From NCBI GenBank assembly GCA_964501335.1, contig CAZCTC010000010.1, positions 64,001-128,000 on the forward strand: a stretch of 64,000 bases of DNA, given 5' to 3'. Positions 45,501 through 54,206 of this stretch are shown here, piece after piece. The notes below the pieces were generated by a model. That model was not told the DNA's origin. It did no database searches and worked only from the letters and a program-made list of their open reading frames with translations. Source of the DNA: an uncultured Anaerolineales bacterium (GTDB lineage Bacteria > Chloroflexota > Anaerolineae > B4-G1 > SLSP01). The position numbers and the translations under genes were made by a program. Each line of letters begins with the position of its first letter. Position 1 is the stretch's first letter.

Positions 45501-48500
45501 TGTAGGCCTGTTGGGCTTGACGTTGCGTTTGCGCGCTATTTTTGATACCTTGGAACAATTGGAACGTCATCGGGGACATTTTTTGAACTGGTATGATACT
45601 CGTACTCTGGTTGCCGTAGGATCTCAATATGTTTCAACTGTAGATAGCGGCAATCTGGCAGCTTCTTTTTTAATTTTCCGGCGAGGCGTGATGGAGTTAA
45701 CGAAAGCTCCGATCTGGCGTTGGGCTTACTGGCAGGGAATTCTGGATACGGTTGAAGTCTTGATCGAATTGTTATCCCCTTTGACCTCAGGGAGTCAGCC
45801 TTTGCTGGCATATCTTGAGCGGTTACAGCGGTATTTATGGAGTGGTCAGGACGATGAGACGATCTGGGGAAAATTACTTCAGGATCTTAACAGTGAGATG
45901 GTACGGACGGAACTGGATCGTTTGTTGATTGTGTGGGTAGAATCTTCATCTGAACTGGAACCGGAGTTGTTGCGAAGTTTGCGAATCTGGTTTGAGCGGT
46001 TTCGGCATCAGGTAGAGGTAGTGATTCAGGAATTGAACTTTCTGGTTCCCTGGCTTTTTTTGTTAGATGAAGCTCCCGTGGGGTTGAAAGAGGCCGAAGC
46101 CGGCTCCGTATTAGGGGAGGCCTGGAAGAAAATTCAGGCCGTTTTATCTTCTTCCGTTACTGTAGAGCAGCTCCCTGATGTTTGTCGGCGCGGTGAAGCT
46201 CTGTTGATGGGTTTACAAGCTGAATTGTCGATTTCTTCTGGCGATCCGGATGAAAGGTTAAGGTTGTGGATCTCGCAATTGCACGCCGCTTTACAAACTT
46301 CCCGGCTTAATGCTTCCGGTTTATACATTGCCTGTCAGGATCTGGCGGAGCGAGCGGAACAGTATTTTCGAGAGATGGATTTCAGTTTTTTGCTGGATCC
46401 GCAACGGCTGGTTTTTCATCTGGGATATAACGTTGAATCGGGTCGTTTGGATGCTAATTATTATGATTTACTGGCTTCAGAGGCCCGGATTGCGAGTCTG
46501 GTGGCGATTGCTAAAGGGGATGTGCCTCAGATCCATTGGCTTCATTTAAGCCGTCCTGTGGCTTTGATGGATCATGGGCGGGGTTTGATTTCCTGGAGCG
46601 GGACTATGTTTGAATATCTGATGCCGCTTTTGTTTATGAAAGACGATCCGGATACTTTGTTGGGACAAAGTGTGCGGGCAGCGGTGGATGTTCAAATTCA
46701 TTATGGCCGTCGGAAAGCCACCCCTTGGGGAGTTTCGGAATCAGCTTACTATCATTTTGATGCGGCTTTGAATTATCAGTACAAAGCCTTTGGGGTTCCT
46801 GGTTTGGGTTTTAAACGAGGGTTGGGCGAGGAATTGGTCATAGCGCCTTATGCATCTCTGTTGGCGTTGTCTTTGCGACCGCAGGCGGTCTGGAAAAATA
46901 TAGTGGCTTTGTTGAAAGTGGGATTGTTGGGGGATTATGGTTTTTATGAGGCCATCGATTATACCCCTGCTCGAATGGGGTTGGGCCAGGGATCAGGGCT
47001 GGTTAAAACTTACATGGTGCATCATCAGGGGATGATTTTATTGTCCTTAACGAACTATTTACTGGATCAGGTGATGGTGCAGCGCTTCCATGCTGATTTG
47101 CGAATTCAAAGTGTAGAGCTGTTGTTGTATGAACAGGTTGCTGCCGTGCTTTCGGCCGGACCTCTTGATGCAACTGCTATCGCTCCTGCCCGGCCTGAAA
47201 AACCTCAAACTATTTATGGAGCCTGGAATATACCTTTGACCAGCCAGATCATGCAATCGCATTTGCTTTCTAATGGGCGTTATACTGTTTTCCTGACTCA
47301 AAGCGGCAGTGGGTACAGTGCCTGGAATGCTTTTGCTTTAACCTGGTGGCGGGCGGATTCTGTTTTGGACGATTACGGGACCTGGATTTATGTGCAGGAA
47401 CAGGGGGGGGATAACCTTTGGTCGGTGAGTTTTCAGCCTACCGCGGCCTGGGTTGAGAATCAAAATGTGTACTTTTCACCTCACCAGGTGGAATACCGTT
47501 GCCGGCATCGGGATATTTCTTTTCAGACTTTAATTACGGTTTCCCCTTATGAGGATGTAGAGATTCGGGTGGTCATGTTGACCAATCATACGGATCGAAA
47601 ACGTCAGCTGCGTCTGACGAGTTATGGAGAAGTGGCGCTGGCTCGCTTCGAAGATGTGCAACGGCACCCGGTTTTCAATAAGCTTTTTATTGAAAGTGAA
47701 TATCTTCCGGAAATCAACGGGCTTTTATTTCGCCGTCGCCCCCGTTCTGTGGATGATCCGACTTTTTATTTTGTTCATATGGTGGTTCCAGAATCGGGAG
47801 TATCCGTTACCGGGGCCTACGAGAGCGATCGCGAGCGTTTTCTGGGAAGAGGTAGAACTTCTCGTCGGCCTCAGATTTTAGATCTGGATAGTTCCTGGCT
47901 CTCGGGGACGGCGGGGGCTACTTTGGATCCGGTGATGGCCCTGGGGCAGGAAATCGCATTACCTCCCCATGCTTTTTCCCGGGTGGCTTTTGTGACTTTG
48001 GTGGCTCGATCCCGTAAGGAAGCTCTGGCTCTGGCTGAACGTTATCGGGCCTGGGCGGTATTGGATCGGGTGGTTGAGCAGACTTCTTCGGCCGCGGAAC
48101 TGGAGCTTTACCAGTTGGGTATGGATACTCAAAATCTGGAAATGATACAGCAATTGCTTTCTCTCTTGATCTTTCCCCGCTTCCAGCTACGGGCCTCTAT
48201 GGATGTTCGTTCGGCTAATCGTTTGGGTCAGTCCGGGCTGTGGCCGTTTGGTATTTCGGGAGATTATCCGATTTTGCTGGTTAAGATTGCTTCAAAAAAG
48301 GGTTCCAGGGTGCTTCGGGAATTGTTGCGCGCTCATAATTATTGGCGCAATCGGCAACTTAAGATTGATTTGGTGATCTATAACGAAGGGGATACCGGTT
48401 ACAATCAGGATTTACAGGGATATCTTCGTCGTTTGATAGCTCATTCTGAGGGAGAAGCGTGGATTAATCGGCGTGGAGGGATCTTCCTTATTCAGGTTGC

Positions 48501-51105
48501 GGCGCTTTCGGAGAGCGACCGGATTCTTTTGCAATCAGTTGCCTATGTCGTTCTGGATGGAGAACAGGGGGAGCTGCGTGAGCAACTGGCCTCTTTGCAG
48601 GGACAGATTCTTTCCCTGCCGCATTTTATTCCTACTCTGGTTGATTTAACAGAACGGGAGCCGACCCCGATTTTAGAACGAGATTCCGATTTGCAATTTG
48701 ACAATGGTTTCGGTGGATTCAGCGCGGAGGGGCGGGAATATATTATTTACCGCAATTCCGATCAACCGTTGCCTGCTCCCTGGATTAATGTGATTGCCAA
48801 CTCCGATTTTGGGTTCCTCGTTTCTGATGCTGGTTTGGGGCCGACCTGGGCGATCAACAGTGGGGAGAATCGTCTTACCCCCTGGTTGAACGATCCGGTT
48901 ACCGATTTTCCGGTGGAAGTGATCTATCTGCGTGATGAAGAAACCGGGCGAGTTTGGAGCCCTACACCGGCTCCGGTTAGAGAGCCATTGCCTTATCGTA
49001 TCCGGCATGGAGCCGGTTATTCTGTTTTTGAACATAATAGCCATGGGTTGAGCCAGCATTTGACGGTTTTTGCTTTGATGGATGCACCCGTGAAAGTGAT
49101 CCATGTGCGCCTGGAAAATCATTGGATGCGCATTCGCCGGATTACGGCAACCTGCTATCTTCCCTGGGTGTTGGGCACTACCCCGGAAGCTACACGGCAA
49201 ATGTTAATTCCGGCCTTTGATGCCGGCCGGCGTTTGTTGACGGTGGCTAATCCTTATCATCCTGAATTGAGTGAACGGGTGGCCTTTCTTGCGGCCAGTG
49301 AACCTATTCATGGGGTAACGACGGATCGAATTGAATTTGTGGGCGTTTCCGGCGATTTGGCCCAGCCGGCTGGATTGTTACGGATTGGGTTGAGTGGAAC
49401 GGTTACTGCGACCTCAGATCCGTGTGCAGTTTTGCAGATCCATATTAATCTGGCTCCTGGGGAGAGTCGGGAATTTTATTTCTTGTTGGGGGAGGCGGAG
49501 AATTTAACGGCAGTCCATCAGGTTTTGAAGCGATTGCCGGATCCTTCGGCGGTAGCAGCAGCTCGACAGGCGGTGGATGTTTTTTGGGATCGGTTGTTGG
49601 GGACTGTGACGGTTAAGACCCCAGATCGAGCCATGGATTTCTTGTTGAATCGCTGGCTGCTCTATCAGACGTTGGTTTGTCGTGTGTGGGGACGTTCGGC
49701 TTTTTATCAATCCAGTGGTGCTTTTGGATATCGGGATCAATTACAGGATGTGGGGGCCTTACTTCATGCCCGGCCTGATTTGATCCGGGAGCATATTTTG
49801 CGCGCAGCTGCTCATCAATTTGAAGCCGGGGATGTTTTGCATTGGTGGCATCCCCCTTCCGGTCGGGGCGTCCGAACCCGTTTTTCCGATGATTTGTTGT
49901 GGTTGCCCTGGGTGACGGCCTTGTATGTTAAGACAACCGGGGATCACGGTATTTTGGATGAACTGATTCCTTTTCGTAAGGGAGATCTCCTGTCGCCCGG
50001 CGTGAGCGAACGTTACGATTTATATCCGTTTACCGAAGAGAAGGCTTCATTATATGAACATTGTCGGCGGGCGGTAGAGCGGGGTTTTACGACCGGTCCT
50101 CACGGTTTGCCTTTGATCGGTTCCGGGGATTGGAATGATGGCTTGAATCGGGTGGGAATCGGGGGGCAAGGCGAAAGTGTCTGGCTGGCCTGGTTTTTGT
50201 TCGCTACGTTGAACGGGTTCGCTGATCTATGCGAGGTTCGGGAGGAATTGCAGGCGGCCGCACTTTATCGGACTCGCGCTCAGAATTTATATACGATGAT
50301 TGAAAACGTGGCCTGGGATGGCCAATGGTATCTGCGGGCCTTTTATGATGACGGCACGCCTTTGGGATCGGCGGAGAATCTGGAATGTCAGATCGATGCG
50401 ATTGCTCAATCCTGGGCGATCCTTTCCGGCGCAGCTAAAGAAACATCGCATAGTCGGCAGGCGATGGCTGCTGTGATGAAATGGTTGGTCTCATGGGAGG
50501 ATGCTCTGATCCTTCTCTTTACACCTCCTTTCGATCATACATTGCAGGATCCGGGGTATATAAAAGGCTATCTCCCGGGTGTCCGTGAAAATGGAGGGCA
50601 GTATACGCATGCAGCGATTTGGACTGCATGGGCTATGGCCGGGTTGGGGGAAGGAAATTTAGCGGAATCGCTGTTTCATCTACTTAATCCCATTTATCAT
50701 GCGGAGCGGTTGGAGCAGGCGTTGCATTATCGTGTGGAGCCTTATGTGATAGCGGCCGATATTTACAGTGTGCCGCCGCATCGGGGCCGGGGGGGGTGGA
50801 CCTGGTATACAGGATCTTCAGGGTGGATGTATCGTTTGGGATTGGAGGCTATTTTGGGCCTTCGGCGGCAGGGGGACCGATTGTTCTTTGATCCCTGTAT
50901 TCCTGCCGATTGGGCCGGCTATGAGATCCTTTATCGAGCGGGTGAGACTACCTATCGGATTGTGGTTACCAATCCTCACCATGTTCAACGGGGAGTGAAG
51001 TGGATTTGTCTGGATGGTCAGATGGTTGCGGATGGGGAAATTATATTGTCGGGGGATGGTCAAAGGCATGAAGTAGAAGTTGTGATGGGGGAAGATAAGC
51101 CTTAA
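42502..51105 (+). CDS. cyclic beta-1,2-glucan synthase-like giant protein (N-terminal multi-TM + GT84 glycosyltransferase + C-terminal GH94 glycoside phosphorylase-like domain)
   Basis: 2867 aa. DxD-type motif in ITLDADSVLP. GH94-like C-terminal region (…DDLLWLPWVTALYVKTTGD…GSGDWNDGLN…). The size and domain order match the NdvB/ChvB/Cgs proteins. The exact start is uncertain because it overlaps the Usp gene by 32 nt. Confidence 0.8.
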   Translation: MFLCRYKKAIESALLFLGQFYLKGKAIESRKRVVEIENLAYQVAEGHRIYLSPGSSPSLIDWLKEQSRLLSEIHLIFSQRRDEDPAISYASEWLLDNFYIVQQTITQIKEDLPDKYYRQLPKLTGGPLNDYPRIYDIARELIKNADALLDFPQLIEFVRAYQQITPLTMGELWAFPTMLRLGILDVLIEALIVLNGQPQGENRPFPKIEMAETLREDGVVANTILSLRMLEVQNWNDFFEQVNLIDAVLAEDPAQIYKYMDFETRNRYRQIIENLASATGFSEMAVAQLAVKLAQAEAVVSGDEIHVEAHVGFYLAGNGHKVLESRLGFRPPPGQRLQREIWEAPVFFYLGSIGALSIFIMIPLLIYVMGWGTTWLQLMAMGVLILGPVMAVAIDWVNFFITHVIPPRVLPKMDFEKGIASDCRTMVVIPSLLVGIAEIDPLLRQLELHFLNNPDPWLSFALLTDFADSLQPELPDDNILLARVSSGIEALNRKYRRDSNSPFYLFHRRRSWNSMEGVWMGWERKRGKLTEFNQLLQGDPSTSFQVKLGELEVLSQIRYVITLDADSVLPWDAAKKLVATLAHPLNWPRFDDVTGKVTAGYTVLQPRVELKPVSARRSVFSRIFSGDTGLDLYTRAVSNVYQDLLGEGIFVGKGIYDVKAFDRSLAGRVPENALLSHDLFEGILGRAGLVTDVVVYEEYPSHYLAHAQRIHRWVRGDWQLLPWLGRRVRTADGGKIPSQLSLIDRWKIFDNLRRSLLIPWLLLIFVLGWTAVLPGPPWIWSWIGLLPLGGTFVVTCFEGLWRSFTRPSRQVLPPLWSGLGRWVMALIFLPFESLLLLDAIVRTLVRILVTHRSLLEWVPAAYAGQQLETAEQNRLVWRRMGYASAFALGVGLLLFSFRPAGLGVAAPLLLIWLFSPQIAFWISLPLIQKSPPLAASQLPILRRLARRTWLYFEHFVGPDDHWLPPDHFQETPLGVTTHLTSPTNMGMGMLASLAAYDLGYVGLLGLTLRLRAIFDTLEQLERHRGHFLNWYDTRTLVAVGSQYVSTVDSGNLAASFLIFRRGVMELTKAPIWRWAYWQGILDTVEVLIELLSPLTSGSQPLLAYLERLQRYLWSGQDDETIWGKLLQDLNSEMVRTELDRLLIVWVESSSELEPELLRSLRIWFERFRHQVEVVIQELNFLVPWLFLLDEAPVGLKEAEAGSVLGEAWKKIQAVLSSSVTVEQLPDVCRRGEALLMGLQAELSISSGDPDERLRLWISQLHAALQTSRLNASGLYIACQDLAERAEQYFREMDFSFLLDPQRLVFHLGYNVESGRLDANYYDLLASEARIASLVAIAKGDVPQIHWLHLSRPVALMDHGRGLISWSGTMFEYLMPLLFMKDDPDTLLGQSVRAAVDVQIHYGRRKATPWGVSESAYYHFDAALNYQYKAFGVPGLGFKRGLGEELVIAPYASLLALSLRPQAVWKNIVALLKVGLLGDYGFYEAIDYTPARMGLGQGSGLVKTYMVHHQGMILLSLTNYLLDQVMVQRFHADLRIQSVELLLYEQVAAVLSAGPLDATAIAPARPEKPQTIYGAWNIPLTSQIMQSHLLSNGRYTVFLTQSGSGYSAWNAFALTWWRADSVLDDYGTWIYVQEQGGDNLWSVSFQPTAAWVENQNVYFSPHQVEYRCRHRDISFQTLITVSPYEDVEIRVVMLTNHTDRKRQLRLTSYGEVALARFEDVQRHPVFNKLFIESEYLPEINGLLFRRRPRSVDDPTFYFVHMVVPESGVSVTGAYESDRERFLGRGRTSRRPQILDLDSSWLSGTAGATLDPVMALGQEIALPPHAFSRVAFVTLVARSRKEALALAERYRAWAVLDRVVEQTSSAAELELYQLGMDTQNLEMIQQLLSLLIFPRFQLRASMDVRSANRLGQSGLWPFGISGDYPILLVKIASKKGSRVLRELLRAHNYWRNRQLKIDLVIYNEGDTGYNQDLQGYLRRLIAHSEGEAWINRRGGIFLIQVAALSESDRILLQSVAYVVLDGEQGELREQLASLQGQILSLPHFIPTLVDLTEREPTPILERDSDLQFDNGFGGFSAEGREYIIYRNSDQPLPAPWINVIANSDFGFLVSDAGLGPTWAINSGENRLTPWLNDPVTDFPVEVIYLRDEETGRVWSPTPAPVREPLPYRIRHGAGYSVFEHNSHGLSQHLTVFALMDAPVKVIHVRLENHWMRIRRITATCYLPWVLGTTPEATRQMLIPAFDAGRRLLTVANPYHPELSERVAFLAASEPIHGVTTDRIEFVGVSGDLAQPAGLLRIGLSGTVTATSDPCAVLQIHINLAPGESREFYFLLGEAENLTAVHQVLKRLPDPSAVAAARQAVDVFWDRLLGTVTVKTPDRAMDFLLNRWLLYQTLVCRVWGRSAFYQSSGAFGYRDQLQDVGALLHARPDLIREHILRAAAHQFEAGDVLHWWHPPSGRGVRTRFSDDLLWLPWVTALYVKTTGDHGILDELIPFRKGDLLSPGVSERYDLYPFTEEKASLYEHCRRAVERGFTTGPHGLPLIGSGDWNDGLNRVGIGGQGESVWLAWFLFATLNGFADLCEVREELQAAALYRTRAQNLYTMIENVAWDGQWYLRAFYDDGTPLGSAENLECQIDAIAQSWAILSGAAKETSHSRQAMAAVMKWLVSWEDALILLFTPPFDHTLQDPGYIKGYLPGVRENGGQYTHAAIWTAWAMAGLGEGNLAESLFHLLNPIYHAERLEQALHYRVEPYVIAADIYSVPPHRGRGGWTWYTGSSGWMYRLGLEAILGLRRQGDRLFFDPCIPADWAGYEILYRAGETTYRIVVTNPHHVQRGVKWICLDGQMVADGEIILSGDGQRHEVEVVMGEDKP

Positions 51106-51108
51106 AAA

Positions 51109-51145
51109 TTTTTCCGCAGCCGCTTTGGGCGGCGGCTGCGGAAAA
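51109..51145 (+). terminator. terminator hairpin after the giant gene
   Basis: ttttccgcagccgc-tttgg-gcggcggctgcggaaaa followed by taatc. Confidence 0.55.
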
Positions 51146-51179
51146 TAATCGACCTGGGCCGTTAGCGCGGAAAAGCGTG

Positions 51180-51290
51180 AGAAAAAAAACTGTGTTTTGG
51201 CGCGCCTTCTTATGCGCGCCAAAACATAAACAAAAAACTTTCTCTGCCCACCTTGCGCGTCGTGTCTTACGGGGGAAGTGTCCGGTGAGG
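51180..51290. repeat. dispersed intergenic repeat element, copy D (hairpin 51193-51226)
   Basis: tgttttggcgcgcc-ttcttat-gcgcgccaaaaca, followed by taaacaaaaaactttctctgcccaccttgcgcg... Confidence 0.75.
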
Positions 51291-51353
51291 AACCCCAGAA
51301 ACCCGCCGTGGGGCAACATTACAATAGCTGCACCGGTCGAAACCAATTCAAAG

Positions 51354-52097
51354 TTAACTTTCCGGCATGGGATTCTGAGCGTTGGCCGAGTGAGGATAGA
51401 ATAATTCTTCAGCAATGTTGAATGGTTTTGGAGGGAGGACCGTCATTGTGAAAGGTGCAGTGATAGAAAAGATGGGGATGGGAGAAAGTTGATAGGGGAA
51501 TCGTGAGGACCAGGTTTCCAGATGTATTCGACTTCGACTGAGTTGCATTTGAGAGAAGTAGACCGGGGCCTGAATCCAACGGTTTTCCAGAAAACTGATG
51601 CCTGGAATGGTGATATTCCTGAGGTTCCACGTTCGTGATAGGGGGCCTGAAATGGTCAGATCGGCGATGGTCCCGGCTCCATCGCTGATATGGACATAAT
51701 CCTGTTCCCATTCAAATTGAGCCATTTGTTTGGGAACTCCCCAAATGTGCCTTCCCCCTTCTAGTGATATTTCGTTATTAACCCAAATGTTTAAAATGAA
51801 GAGTCCACAATGATAGTTAAGGCGAACCGGCATACAGATAGCCAGTTCATCGTATTGAAGAGTTCCCTTTAAATAGCGTACCAGAGCCACTATGGCCAGA
51901 CGACGGGTAATTAAGGGGTGGAGTCCAACCAAAAGTCGGATCGGCAGATTTGCCGGAAATAAGCTCATCCAGATTTGTCCCTGACTGAACCAGGGTGCCG
52001 GAGGATAATCCAAAGCCTTTTGCGAAGTATTAAGGGTTTCCATGAGATAAATTCCTTTCTTTGCTGATTTCAACTGTCGGGTTCTTTCTGTTGCCAT
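51354..52097 (-). CDS. acetoacetate decarboxylase (ADC)-family protein
   Basis: 247 aa. N-terminal YPPAPW motif, typical of ADC-like proteins. The start may instead be the internal Met at 52043. Confidence 0.5.
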   Translation of the reverse strand: MATERTRQLKSAKKGIYLMETLNTSQKALDYPPAPWFSQGQIWMSLFPANLPIRLLVGLHPLITRRLAIVALVRYLKGTLQYDELAICMPVRLNYHCGLFILNIWVNNEISLEGGRHIWGVPKQMAQFEWEQDYVHISDGAGTIADLTISGPLSRTWNLRNITIPGISFLENRWIQAPVYFSQMQLSRSRIHLETWSSRFPYQLSPIPIFSITAPFTMTVLPPKPFNIAEELFYPHSANAQNPMPES

Positions 52098-52921
52098 TGG
52101 ATGGTGCCATAATTGCGGCGACTGGCTCCTCCCAAGGTCATAAGTCCCCGAAAGAAGTCAGGAGCGAGCCTGAAAACAAAATAGAACCAGGGTAAGTAAC
52201 CCGGGAGATCGAGGATGGTGGACCGCTGTTGCAGGGCCTTGATGACGACGTGGGCAACTTGTGGCGGGGTGAGATAGGGGATAAAGTCGGCAAGTCGAGG
52301 CAGGATGGTTGAATCTACATGTTTTCGGAAAAAGTCGGTGCCGGCAACTGTGGCCGGACGGATCAGGGTGACGGCAATGTTAGTTTTCCTCAATTCCCAC
52401 TGTAAAACCTGCGTATAGGCATCGATGGCGGCTTTGGTTGCTGCATAGGCTGCCGAGGTTCCTCCCCCAAAGATTTGGCTGGCGCAGGATCCCAGATTGA
52501 TAATGTGGCCCTGATTGGCCGGTAACATGAATTCAAGAACGGCTTTAGTGGCATAAAGCATCCCCTGATAACCAACCTGCATGATTCGTTCGGCGGTTTC
52601 TATCGGCATGGCGGTGACTTCTTCCCACTTTACAAACGCAGCGTTGTTGACGAGGATATCGATTCTGTGGTTTTTCTGATAGATTCCTTTGATCCAGGCA
52701 TTGACCGCGGAACGGTTTGTTACATCACATAAGGTCAAATTTATGGTCCCTTTAAGGGCTGTAGAGGTCAATTGTCGGGTGGCCTGTGCCAGGTTTTCCG
52801 GAGAATTGTCGCATAGGTAGACATGGATGTTTTTTTGAGCCAGCGCCAGGGAAATTGCCCAGCCGATGCCTTGAGCTCCTCCAGTGACTAACCCGATTTT
52901 TTTGTTTAAACAGGTATCCAT
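52070..52921 (-). CDS. SDR-family short-chain dehydrogenase/reductase
   Basis: Cofactor motif TGGAQGIG. Catalytic motif YAATKAA. Confidence 0.85.
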   Translation of the reverse strand: MDTCLNKKIGLVTGGAQGIGWAISLALAQKNIHVYLCDNSPENLAQATRQLTSTALKGTINLTLCDVTNRSAVNAWIKGIYQKNHRIDILVNNAAFVKWEEVTAMPIETAERIMQVGYQGMLYATKAVLEFMLPANQGHIINLGSCASQIFGGGTSAAYAATKAAIDAYTQVLQWELRKTNIAVTLIRPATVAGTDFFRKHVDSTILPRLADFIPYLTPPQVAHVVIKALQQRSTILDLPGYLPWFYFVFRLAPDFFRGLMTLGGASRRNYGTIQWQQKEPDS

Positions 52922-53012
52922 ATCTCTCTTACCTTTTTATAATATTAATGAATATAATAGCATGAATTAAGTTAAATATTGGTGTGCAGAGATACATTTT
53001 AGGTACATAATA

Positions 53013-54206
53013 GTGAAAATTGTCATTCCCCTAAAGGGCGTTATAATTTGCCCTGCAATGAAGCTGAACAGTGTGCCTGTGGTGGCCCTTAATGCGCATT
53101 TGCTTTCCGGCGACGCCTCTTATCGGAGCGCCGGAATTTCTGCTTATCTGTTTAATTTATTCCGCCATCTAAACCCTCAAGAAGATGCTTTGCGGTATGT
53201 GCTGTTTATGGGACGCGGAAAACAGCCCGGTATAAATTTGCCGGTTTCATCTTCTTTGTGGGCGACGGATCGACCGGCGGCCCGGATTCTTTGGGAACAG
53301 CTGGCCTTGCCCTGGGCGTTACATCGTGTGGGAGCGAACCTCTTACATGCCCCGGCTTTTGTCGGTCCATTGTGGAGTTCCTGTCCTCAAGTGATCACCG
53401 TTCATGATCTGAGCTTTTTGCGCCATCCAGAGTTTTTTCGGGGCGGCAACCGTTTCTATTTACAAAAGATGACGGGGGTGACCTGTCGCCGGGCGGCCGC
53501 TGTCGTGGCTGTTTCTGAGTTTACGGCTCGTGAAGTGGTTGCTCTGTTGGGGATCCCTCGCGAGCGGATTCATGTGATTTATCATGGGGTCGATCCGGTT
53601 TTGAAACCATTGCCTGCCGGGGATGTGGCCCGTTTCCGGTTGGAACGAGAATTGCCGGAACGTTTTATTTTGTACTTGGGGACCCTGGAACCTCGTAAAA
53701 ACCTGCCCACTCTGGTGCAGGCTTTTGCCCGATTGAAAGACCCCGCGTTGCATCTGGTTTTAGCGGGGGGGCGGGGATGGTTGTATGAAACCATCTTCGC
53801 CGAGGTAGAACGGCTTGGTTTGACCGGCCGCGTACATTTTCCGGGCTATATCTCACCCCAGGATCAGGTCTATTGGTATAATGCCGCGACTGCTTTTGCT
53901 TATATCTCTCATTACGAGGGATTTGGATTGCCTGTGCTGGAGGCTTTGGCCTGCGGCACTCCCACTCTGGCGGCCGAAACGACAGCTTTACCTGAAGCTG
54001 CGGGTGATGCGGCTGTGTTGGTGCCGCCTACCGACGTAACTGCCGTGGCGGAAGGTTTACATCGAGTGTTGACCGATGCGGGTTTGCGGGATTCTCTGCG
54101 CTGTCGCGGTCCGGCGCATGCAGCTCGTTTTTCCTGGTCCGAAACGGCACGTCAGACTGTAGCCCTTTACCACCAAATCCTGGGAGATCAAGGAAAAGCC
54201 ATATGA
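53013..54206 (+). CDS. GT4-family glycosyltransferase
   Basis: C-terminal motif EGFGLPVLEALACGTP. Confidence 0.8.
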   Translation: MKIVIPLKGVIICPAMKLNSVPVVALNAHLLSGDASYRSAGISAYLFNLFRHLNPQEDALRYVLFMGRGKQPGINLPVSSSLWATDRPAARILWEQLALPWALHRVGANLLHAPAFVGPLWSSCPQVITVHDLSFLRHPEFFRGGNRFYLQKMTGVTCRRAAAVVAVSEFTAREVVALLGIPRERIHVIYHGVDPVLKPLPAGDVARFRLERELPERFILYLGTLEPRKNLPTLVQAFARLKDPALHLVLAGGRGWLYETIFAEVERLGLTGRVHFPGYISPQDQVYWYNAATAFAYISHYEGFGLPVLEALACGTPTLAAETTALPEAAGDAAVLVPPTDVTAVAEGLHRVLTDAGLRDSLRCRGPAHAARFSWSETARQTVALYHQILGDQGKAI

